The notes under the pieces were generated by a model. It was not told where the DNA came from. It made no database searches and was given only the letters and a program-made list of their open reading frames with translations. A DNA stretch of 43,992 nt, filler included, from Sphacelaria rigidula (taxonomy: Eukaryota): NCBI GenBank assembly GCA_964200075.2. It is 2 parts of 2 records of this genome, joined end to end, with 100 filler letters (N's around TTAATTAATTAA, not from the genome) between each part and the next. Parts side by side here need not be neighbours in the genome. Positions count along the whole stretch, not along the records: positions 22,049 to 43,992 come from CAXNAA020000372.1; 1 more part is not named here. One strand, 5' to 3'. The position numbers were made by a program, and so were the translations under genes. Within the stretch, counting starts at the first letter, position 1. The number at the start of each line of letters is the position of its first letter. Positions 25,142 to 35,612 of the stretch are shown here, in pieces.

Positions 25142-25596
25142 TATTTACTACCAGCAGATGTGCACGGTGGGGGGTGGGGCTGAATCAGCCGGTGCCCATA
25201 CTGCTGGAGCTGCTACAGCTACTGCTCTTCCTCGTGCAAGAGACGGTCCGCGTTTTGACCTGTGACAACGCCCACGCACCTTGCGCGTGATTGCCACCAT
25301 GCTGGGAATCGCTGGTCCGTACGACCCGATGGGTCCACGCTTGCTCACTCGACGAAGTGCTGTGAGATACAGCTGTTCGCATCTCTCTGTGGGAGTTGTG
25401 CACGAAGGGTGTGTCCCACACGCGTGGCTACTGCTGGTGATGGGAAAGCCAGCTGTGCGCCTCACGAAGAGCCGAGCAGCCCATGTCTTACAACCATGTG
25501 ATGTTCCTCTTCGCAATCTCACGCGAATGTTTATTACGCGAATGTTCATCCGTTCTCACGAAAAAGAATTCGCAAATGATTTGACCATTTTTTAGA

Positions 25597-25999
25597 GTAA
25601 CGAATCTCGATTTGTGCAAATATGAGGATTTTAGTCCGTCTACAGGCGATTGTCGCCCGTGGATTGATTTTTCGGACTCCAGTCCGTTTGGCAATGTTTT
25701 CCGGCTAACTGTGAAGAAACCAGACCAACTCTGCGATTCTCTGGACGTTCACGTTCGGTTCGTCACATTTCTGCTCAAATCGGGACACTCCCGCATCTCC
25801 CCCGATTCTTTCCCGATTTTAGCAGAAATGTGATGAACTGAACGTGAACGTCCGGAGAATCGGAGAGTTGGTCTGGTTTCTTCACAGTTAGCCGGAAAAC
25901 ATTGCCAAATGGACTGGAGTCCGAAAAATCAATCTACGGGCGAAAATTGCCTGTAGATGGACTGACATCCTCATATTTGTACAAATCGAGATTCGTTGC
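25597..25999 (+). ncRNA. Long foldback (189-nt arms, 25-nt loop); candidate miRNA/hairpin-siRNA precursor
   Basis: Arms 25597-25785 and 25811-25999 pair without gaps. Manual count: 10 G:U wobbles on the + strand, no A:C mismatches and 4 transversion mismatches. The inverted repeat is certain, but the RNA function is inferred. Confidence 0.6.
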
Positions 26000-28277
26000 C
26001 ATCAAAGATGGCCTGAGTTGTCTTGAGAGTGATTTCGGGGGAGATGAGAATCTGGCATCAACTCACATCCAATCGGAAACACCAAAAAAATAAGAAATCC
26101 CAAACCTCCAGAATAACCATCACTCTCACGTCGCATTCCCACATTTCTGGTCTCGTTAAAACGGGTCCTTAGATCGCGACAACATGATGATCACTTCTTC
26201 CGCGGAACTATCAGCCGCAAATATAAACTCGAAACGAGGCTCTGTGCTCGAAGGGTTAACAATTGGGTAAATGCGACAAGAGTTGCATATGAGCGAAAAA
26301 TTGCACGACCCCCCGATTTTCACGTGGGCCCATTTTTACCGAGAATGCGACCAGCGTTCACTCCAGCACTCTCGTATAGGACCCACCCTATTCTATAATG
26401 GGGGGGTGGAAGGGTGCGGGGCAACTGTACTCTGAATCCGAGTTTATCACGCTGCCAGACGTAGCCAGAATTCAGAGACTGAAGTTGGTTCACGTGGACC
26501 ATGAGTCAGAGAGATCGAACTGATGTGATGGAATACCGGTGAGGTGGCTGAGTTTTCAGTGTTGTTCCTTTCGAATGAGGTCCAGTCCTTTGCGCTTTGA
26601 GCCCCCGATATTATACCGAATGTTTAGCTCGAGTTCAAGTAGTCATGCTCCACAGTATCGATTGTATTGAGCCCAGAAAAAAAGTCATCCTGGGAAGAGA
26701 GGTAATCACCATCAGCATGGACAGGTGGCGCTGCAGGCGTAGATATGCGGTGGAGGAATCAGCATGGCGAAGGACGAATGTCGCTGCGTAAATCGCAAGC
26801 GGTTGCTACTCAAATACATACCCCTGTCCGGGAGTTCATGGCTAAATTGTTTCTGTGTTTTCATAGCTGCGGGCGCCACCCTGTACAGACGAGTACTGTA
26901 TTGCTGACCATGTCTGGCATACATGTAGACTTGTACATGCATAAGGTGTCACTTATCTAGATCTCAAAATACTCCGCAAGAGCTCGGCGAGGTGGATTTT
27001 TGTCATTCAAATATTCCATTACAAACCCGGGCAGGCCTGACTCCAAGTAGATACAGAGAGAAAAGCAACATAACCACTGCCGTGGCTACCAGACTGTCAG
27101 CACGCCCAGTAGGGAAGTTCTGATACTGTCTATGAGGGAACGTTGCCTCCTTGCCATATACGTCGGCACTGGTCCTTGGCAGAGCCTTCTGTTGGCGCGA
27201 GAGGAGCTCAATGTCGAGCTGTCGCGCGAGTTGAAGAGGGAACGTTGAGCCCAGGGCCCTCAGATACATAACGGGACGTACAAACTGGCGACGAATGTTT
27301 TGCAAAAGCTGCAGATACACTTGTTGTACAAACACGATAGTCAGTTTCCATTATGGCATCCGAAACGCGATTGTTCAGCAAAAAAAAATAGTCAAAGACC
27401 TCACACGTCTACTCGCACCACACAAAATTGGCTTTGCTAGGAGCCAGTGAAAAAGGCTATGGCTGTGCTCGAAACCTCTCACAGTAGTGCGAGTTTCGCT
27501 GCTCGCGGTTCTGTATCTACCCTGACCCATTAATTCACGGCAATGGTGTATCACGTTGGGACTTGGTGCAGTGGTAGTTGTCATACATCACACCGCACAC
27601 CCTGATAGCCCAGTGCACAGGCATGGTGAATATTGCCGATGCACGGTCGCACCGTACATCAGTCCTCCATCTAACAGTGTAGTGCAGTCTCTGGCCTCGA
27701 CAGTGCTCTCACACCACCAACGCTGAGGGCGGTTCGCTATTCATGACTTCCACGGGGGGACATGCTAGTCGACGATGGAATCATAATCCTAGCAGCCACA
27801 GCGTTCAGAATTACTTTCATTTGACAAACATTCCGTGCTTCATTTGACCCACCAGTAGGAATCGTGATCGAGTGTGACCCGACCCGACGATAGGTTTTTC
27901 TAGCCGGGATGCTCTCAAAAAGATGGATTCAAGAGTTTCGACACATTATTCACAACGACACCACTCCAACCACACTCACGACGGCGTGATGGTCTTCATG
28001 TGTGAGAAAACCCACGTAAGGACTTGCCGCCAACGGTATGGAAAGGACATCTGAGTACGTTCAGTCGCGTATGCAACATCGACAAACCCAGCGCACGAAC
28101 ACTGCCAGCAAGCGACCACCGCACGCCCCCCAACCCTAATGCGCAGTGCACTCCACACCCACTTGCGCAGGTTCTTTCCCCAGGTTCGAGGTGCTGCTGC
28201 CTTGCCATTTCTGTGAACGACGCAGACATATCGTGGCAACAACAGAAGAGTTTTGGCTACCGCCCCTCTTTGTCACT

Positions 28278-28895
28278 ATGCCGGGTTTGGCGACGTGTGT
28301 CGCGAGCTCCGAGCTGGAGGAAGAGATCCACGATTTCGGCCGTCGTTTCGCACGATTCATCATAAGCAGGGGATTTGCAGATGCGGACGGTGCAGGGATA
28401 GTCGATCCCAGCACCACCTCGCGGGCGGGCGAGAGAAGTAGGGTAGTTTCTGCTGACTTTTCTTCTGCGATGACTGTTCGAAGTTCGCTGGAAGCTTCAG
28501 CAGCAGATGCGGAGATGGAACTGAAGGCCTCTCAGCGCATGGCCCAGCAGCTGCAGGCGGACTCAGACGCTGTTCGGTTTCGAGTTCTGCCCAGTCTCAG
28601 GGAAAACGCCCGTCAGTTGCAGTCGCTTTTCGTGGCGATCGACAAGCTGAGTGACGAAGTAATGCCGGAGATTGAGGAGTCTGTGAGCAGAATGGAGAAG
28701 GCCATGCATCAGATGGAGGAGCGCAGGAAAGAACAGGTGGAGACCCGGAGCTTGCATGGCTCATACGGGCTGGGGTCGCCTTGGGGAGCTGGTCTATGGG
28801 TACCCCCGTCGGGCGATAGAACTGTACATCTTCCTGACGCGTACGAGACAAATAAAGTATTTTGCGTAGAGAAAGGCGGCTTGGCACCGCTATGA
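28278..28895 (+). CDS. BLOC-1 subunit 4 (cappuccino)-like coiled-coil protein, single exon, about 205 aa
   Basis: Open frame from ATG 28278. The helical core (LQADSDAVRFRVLPSLRENARQLQSLFVAIDKL...VSRMEKAM) and the C-terminal LPDAYETNKVF resemble the cappuccino layout (..IYxKxDxLE.. core, LPxLYxTxxYF tail) as I recall it. The family call is by eye. Confidence 0.6.
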   Translation: MPGLATCVASSELEEEIHDFGRRFARFIISRGFADADGAGIVDPSTTSRAGERSRVVSADFSSAMTVRSSLEASAADAEMELKASQRMAQQLQADSDAVRFRVLPSLRENARQLQSLFVAIDKLSDEVMPEIEESVSRMEKAMHQMEERRKEQVETRSLHGSYGLGSPWGAGLWVPPSGDRTVHLPDAYETNKVFCVEKGGLAPL

Positions 28896-30358
28896 GATCA
28901 GCAAGGTTACGATTCCGGAAGACATCGTTTTGTGCACGTGATTGCACTAAAATACACTCGCCAACTTATTTATTTTGTATATTTTTTTCAATTTCTGGCG
29001 GATGTGTTCGGGCGTGGTCACACTGTATACTTACCGCTGTATATAATGGGGTTTTGTGTGTGGTCGGGTTTGATTGACGGAGTACCATTGGTCTTCCTGT
29101 GCGCCTTGTTTCGTCTACGGGGCTTCTGCGTTAACTCCGTGGTGTTACTACGGTGGGTATAAGCTGGTATGAGGTCATATTTGAAAGCTAAGCTGCGTGT
29201 GCTTCAGAGCGAAGTAAAAAGCTACGTGTGTGTATGTGCGTTGATGTAACATGTTGGGAATCATGGACAAGGGTGTGCCTTCACCTACTTTCTAGCGTTG
29301 CGTATTTGTTCCGGAGCACTTGTAAGGCTTAATCGAGTCTACGAGAAAAAAACAGTGATTCAAACGTCATATTCTTCATCTACAGCACCGAACAAAAAGG
29401 CGAACAAGTTGCAGGGTGCCGCTTCCGCTCAGATTTGCCATTTTTGAACATCCAAATGGCGAACGGGCCAGGCTCACATTTGGGGATCTCTCGTTCGCTC
29501 GAGTGGGGTATACTTCGAGATCACATCTCCAAGATCTCATAATGTCTTTTGCTTTGTAGATGCGTCAAGTGCAAAGCGGAATCAGACTCTCGGAGCTGCA
29601 ACTTTCCTTTCAGCCACTGGATGTCACTTGAAGCCTTGTTTTTGAATGCATCGAGTTGAGAGTACAAACAGTATGCACATCCACGAATATGATGCAACGA
29701 CGCAAGTACACTATCTTGGCATTTTCTGGCGCGTGATCTAGTACAAAAATGGCGATAGTGAAATTTGCAAAAATACCCCAAGTTCGACGAAAACCACGCT
29801 GCGAATCGAACGCCTTCAATTATATAAAAAAAGACACTTTCGAGCGTGCTACAGTAACCACTCTCTTTCAGCGATGGAGCACCCACGCGAGGGGTGTACA
29901 ACACACTTTACCCTACTCAAATCCCCGCACTATCCATGCTTGTGATCATGATCCTTACTTGACCGCACCCGCAAAGTCTCGAAGCTGGGTCTTCAAACCA
30001 ACTGGGCTTGGCGTGAAAGGATTCGGTGCTCAAGCAAGGATTGTGAACTGTCTGGAATCTTTTGGGGGATATCACGAAGCAAGCAACAACAGGTTTACCC
30101 GAGTCCTACACACGCGTACACCACACCTCGACCAACGCTGCCTCAAACTCTCGCCAGAACATCCATACCCTGGTGAACATGGTCACAACAAAACTCGTCG
30201 TCCGCACTCCGACCGCAGCCTAGACAGCAATCTGATGAAAACAAACACGCCGTGAAACAAGCACATCCCATACCAACTTGTGCCATCAATCGATATAGTA
30301 CCATACTTCCCAGGGGAAAACACAATGTAATAACTGGACACGGGTGTTGGGTATGTTG

Positions 30359-33300
30359 TTACACGTCCTCAGGGGCATCTCCATCTATTTCCTCGTTCTC
30401 AAGGGCCAATCGCTCCAGCATAGCCTGCAGCTCCGACTCCTCTCTTTGACTAACTGCCTTTGGTGCCATTTTCACCTGCACAAGGAACAACGCAGAAGCA
30501 GCTGTGCGTCATAAAAGCAGAATCGAACTACAACCTTGCAAGCGTTGAAAAAGCGTGTGCAGCGCATGGCTCAAGGACCACTGTAGAAGTCAAAGGTGGG
30601 TTCTTTTGCCCCGCGGATGGGGCGCCACGAATATAAAAATTACTCGTAGGGGTAATGCCGTCGCGCCTCGGTGGTCCAAGTGGTTACAGTACCACAACGA
30701 CTAATTATGCCGAAAGGTTGTGGGTGCGAATCCAGACAGATCCGACTTTTTTTAGCTGAATCTGTTTCGGTCTTCGAAAGCGTGGGTATGCGAGTAGCAA
30801 GTAAAAATCAACGAGTCAACGGGGTGTGGGAGGGCTGATAGTCATGATTCATTCCTCCGTTATCAACACACGAGGTGGGATTCCGCGAGAGGGAAATGGT
30901 TGAAAGTATTGGGGGACAAGAAATATAGGAAATGTGAAGAGCAGACTGCTCGCAACTTATGGACAAACACCTGCCAACCATAGCGGGAGAGGGTACATGC
31001 TGGAAGCGGCAAATGACCCACGGTGTTTAGAACACTGGTTGCCCTCGCTCAACTCTGGACGGTGTATTTTTACGAATCAAACTGCAATTCAATTGATGAC
31101 ACTTTTGCGTGACGAGCCTTGACCTTGTGCCTTGTAAGACACAGAACAAACGATGACCTACAGAAACACATCATGCATCATCGAACCTTGACCGGGGGAG
31201 GGGGGCGGAAGGAGACAAGCTGACAGATCCACTTTTTGTCGATGCTGAATGAAATGCTTTTCTCTCGCGAAATAAATACAACCCCAAACAAAGGGCGACG
31301 TCACGCAAAAACGATAGCGGGTGTCAGCTGACAAAACGCTACGCATAGCTGAATACTAGCACCAGTAAGAAAAATTGAAACGCACCTCGAGCTTCCCCCC
31401 AGAAGCGACGATCTTCTCCGTCACCACCTCAATTGCCTTTTCAAGGACAGATTTCCCCAAGTCCTTGTCCAGGGTCATGGTGTCCATCACGTACCGCGGA
31501 GGGGCAATGAGCTTGATCTGGATAGGCGTCCGTTCGTCCCCAACCTCTTTCCCGGCGATAAGCGCGTTCTTCACCGCATCAATCCCCTCGTAGGTGTAGC
31601 AAGTCACCTCAATGTCTGCACGCACCTTGCTCGGCTGTGGTGCCAAACGGCGCTTGATGTGTGTGATCATTGCCTGTGCCACAGCACCAAGACAGATTCG
31701 TTAGATTTGGCTTTTTTTTCACCAGTCTCAAGATACCGCGCGGATGAATCGCAAACTCGCAACCCTTTCCTGAACACATTTTTACGAAACCGAAACGAGT
31801 GCTCCCTGTATGGTAGTCACGAGAGTATACATGTTTCATATCCTACTCTTGCCCTTGGTACGTCGTGAGATCTCGTAAGGGAGACCGTCACGGGTTCAAG
31901 TTTCGGTCTCGGCATGGTCATTGCGGTCCCGAGTACATACGCGTGAGGACTTAGTGTGCGATACATTTTGCAGCGGTGAAGGTAAATCCACGATACTGCA
32001 AACATCACAATTCAGGGATTTAGTGGAGCTCACCTCTTTTGTCTCCTCGTCGATATCCAAACCGACAAATACGTCCTCCTCGTCTTGCAGCGTCAGCTTG
32101 AAAGCGTCGAACGCGTGTCCATACTTCCTGTAGAGCGGCCAAGACACCTTGGTGCTAAGGTCCTCAAGCACCAAACCCCTTAGATCGGCCACGTGTCTCA
32201 GTACGCTGTGTACCGCCTTCGCCTTGTTGTAACGGTCTTCACACTTCGCGACGTCCTCGGGGCTGACCCTCCTCTTCGACAAGTCAATGTATCCCTGGTG
32301 AACACAATTAGAGGGGTCCGTGGGCATGGCAAAAAAAGACTTGGTGCACGTTTACAGCTTAGGGTTGGCGCACAATCTTCGACACTCGGTGTATCCTTAG
32401 TCATACAGAAACACTACCGAGACGTTTTCTCCACAAACAAGGTAGGAAATCTGTTGACAGCGCACGAACAATTTGAAGTTGTAAGATATACAGTTTAACA
32501 CAGAAGTACATCACTGCGTCAAAAATAACAAATATGACTTTGTCCTGCCATGTGACCACGGCTAGATCCCTGGGGGATCGGTTGATATGCAACAATGAAG
32601 AAAGTGCCATGAATTTCGAAGCATATGTTTTCTGTTGGGGTTGGAGTTTATCGTTTCCTTGACGGCTTTCCTTTTGAGGGATCGAACAATCGCTACGCAA
32701 GCACTTTGACAACTGCGCTGCGTTGCTGCCATTGGAATACACCGTTTACTCTTGAACAAGATGTTCACCTAGCACCGTTTATTCGATGCGTTGCGTCTCA
32801 AACCGTATTCTTTCAGGTCATGCAGCTACTTCGTTCCACCTGCATTGTAGATCTTACAAGGTGACCAGAAAATACAACCAAAAACGCACAAAAACACTTG
32901 TTCATAATGGAAAGAGAAATTTGCGAAAGTGCGGATACACTGAAATCAGCTGAATGACGATTTACTGGCACGTTTTCGACGGCGTTCAGCCCGTTTGCCC
33001 GACAAAAAAGTGCGCTCTAGTACAATTCGACAGAGCCTTCGTGTAGCAAAGAATGTTAGGAACATGGCCTATCACCTTGAATTTGGTCTCATTGTGATTG
33101 GACTGAAAAGTCAAGGTTAGCAAGAGTGGCATTGATTGATTGTCGCACATTGACTGATCGCCGAGGGATCCAGTCGTGGATGTGATGTGACATGTTTTCC
33201 CTCTGCTCGCGAGGCAACCTGGTCGGTCAGTTTTAGTCTAGGACTATTGCCATGGGAAATACAAAGTGCGAGTCTCCGCGGTATTTGATTGCTTCACAAC

Positions 33301-34806
33301 CGAGAGGCCGAGATGACCGAGACCAGGTGTGAGGGAACGGTTTCGTCATGAGCACCCAAGCACTCTTGCGAGCCATGCCTCGTTACTCATTAGTTTACGA
33401 GCTCTAGACCCGAGCAAAATATGCTCATGCTGTGCTGCTTTGGGGAATGGATGTCATTCGTCGCATACCGAGAGAAAACGAAAAACAACACGCAAACCTG
33501 TCGTGAACATGATGTGCCCGGGAAGCATACGATATGCACATCAATCTACAGCTCTTGTGCAAAACCCCGAGACTCGCCGTTGCTCAGCTTTCAATGGTAC
33601 GCTTGGTTTTGTACATGAGGAGCTGCGACATTTTGCGTGTGCTGCTGGGACACAGCAAATTTCTGCTTCCCTACCGACTACGAGTATAACGACTGTACTG
33701 CATACTGCAGAAAAATAAATTACTACGACTTAGGATAGGCGGCCGAGCGTGTCACAGACCCAACCCTTGAGCCGCGCCTGAATTTTAACCAGCTTTTTAT
33801 GTCTTCAAAGGGCACAAACTATGGTACACCACCACCAGTTGCGACACGAATCACTCAATCAACTGGGGCATTGTGGTGTTTGTTGCGTGGGATGACAAGA
33901 GTGTACTGGCTGGGCAGCTGGACTGTTCATTAAATGGTACATTCTGTTCAGCTGATGATGGGCAGGGTGGGCTAGGGCTGTTCAGTTTCAGTTGGTGTCA
34001 AATACGTTGTACGAGTAAGGCTTCACGGTCGTACTCCACACATTTCAACGTATTCGCCCTACTACAGAGAAAAAAACTTCAAATCGCCGATATTTCGCTG
34101 GTGGACAGTGGGGTGAACTACTGTGTGGCGGGCACACGAGTATGACATCATTGTTTTTGTCCGAGTTCAGACCTACAAATGTCCATTTCATACGTGATGA
34201 CATAAGTGAACCGTGACTATTTTCTTACTTTTGTTTTTCTGGTCACAGTCTTATTCAATGAAAAATGGTTTTGCGCATGGAACTATAAGACAGGTGATTC
34301 CTCATTCCTCACAGACCGAAGGGTCACCCCGCGTTCGGTACAAACACATGAGCGGGAAGGTACAGTCAGCCGCAACGTATTATACTACGACTGGTGGAAC
34401 AAAGCGTTGTTGATGGCAACACATGCACATCATTGTGTTGCTTCCAACTTGCAAGTCTCACCTTTTCCTTGTCCACACGGAGCACCATCGCCACTTCGTT
34501 ACGGTTGACGCGGATAAGCTTGTTGATGGAGCGGATGCGCCGGCGGGACAGCTCAGAGAGCAATATCATGCCTTCTATATCGTTGTACTCCAGCAACACC
34601 ACATAAGCACCCATCTCCGCAATGTTCCTGACATTAACCATCACCACCTCCTCGATCTCCGGGTACTGTGCTTCATAAAACCTGCACTCCAACCTCTTGC
34701 GCTTTGCCTCTTCCTCCGCGTACACGCGTGCCGCGTCCAACGCCATCTCTGCCTTGCCCTGCACCGGAGGAACGGCTGGAACTGCGGACATCACGGGTGT
34801 CGCCAT
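30359..34806 (-). CDS. EIF2S1: Eukaryotic translation initiation factor 2 subunit alpha (336 aa, 4 exons)
   Basis: Exons 34806-34462, 32294-32034, 31673-31386 and 30475-30359, all with phase-0 GT-AG introns. Motifs: [26 protein letters not shown] (Ser51 equivalent = S87), [42 protein letters not shown]. Confidence 0.97.
30661..30755 (+). mobile_element. tRNA-like SINE head in eIF2-alpha intron 3
   Basis: A-box-like TGGTCCAAGTGG (30672) and B-box-like GGGTGCGAATCC (30722), followed by a T run. No intact cloverleaf. Confidence 0.4.
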
Positions 34807-35612
34807 CTTCGTGCCGCTGCTGTTGTATATGAACGTGAGAGCACAGAAGAGGGCGGCAGCACGAGCAGCACGGACCAGTGCACGATGGCGTTTGAAGAAA
34901 GGATTTACTGAGAATCACCATAGTCGTACTGTGTCTGTCGCTGTGTAGCCTGTTGTCATCATATTATTCAAAAGAGAATTCAACGACATTTGACGAACGA
35001 AGGATCGAGACCGCTAGTATTTGTCGCAGATTCCATGGGCAACCTCAGTTCATACACAACATTCAAGGCATTCCGCAGCATGCGACGGCATGCGACTGTG
35101 TTGTCAACCTTAGAGGCTGCTGAATGTCAGTCCTTCCTGCTGCCCCGGCTGCTACAACGATGGGTTTCCTCAGCTTCCTCGGGTGACCTTGCATCTCGTG
35201 GCATATACCCACTCTTCGCTTACAATACAATCACCATAATTCTCACGATATGAATGTCTGTGCAACGTCCAATCGAAGCTCACCTGACTTGAGGTCGAGA
35301 CACCTCCACAAGAATGGTGCTCTTGATGGGTTGTACGGTTGCCCAGCCACGAGCACTCCTCCGTGGAGGTGCTAGTGATTTCAGTCATTTTCCATCATTA
35401 AAAGGTTATTCTCCAATGCAACCTATCTTGTCCTGGCTCAACACTCAACAACGCTGCTCTACGTGTTTGCGGCGCCCCAGGCTACTCTGGGGCAGTGATC
35501 ATTCTCTCTCAGATCTCCAGTGCTTTTTTTATTCAAGTAAGCTTGGTGCTGGTTTTTCGGGCTGGAGGTTGAGTCTGGTGTGAGCCGAGTGTAACTTTAC
35601 TGTGACAACGCC
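34807..35612. promoter_or_regulatory. Short divergent intergenic region between eIF2-alpha and the DHQ dehydratase/shikimate dehydrogenase gene; possible bidirectional promoter
   Basis: The two start codons are head-to-head, 806 bp apart. No specific promoter motif was identified. Confidence 0.4.

Noticed and set aside
29521-30255. ORFs 29521-29904 (-) and 29749-30255 (+)
   Set aside because: No recognisable motifs. They lie between the convergent BLOC1S4-like and eIF2-alpha stop codons and are probably 3'UTR or intergenic.
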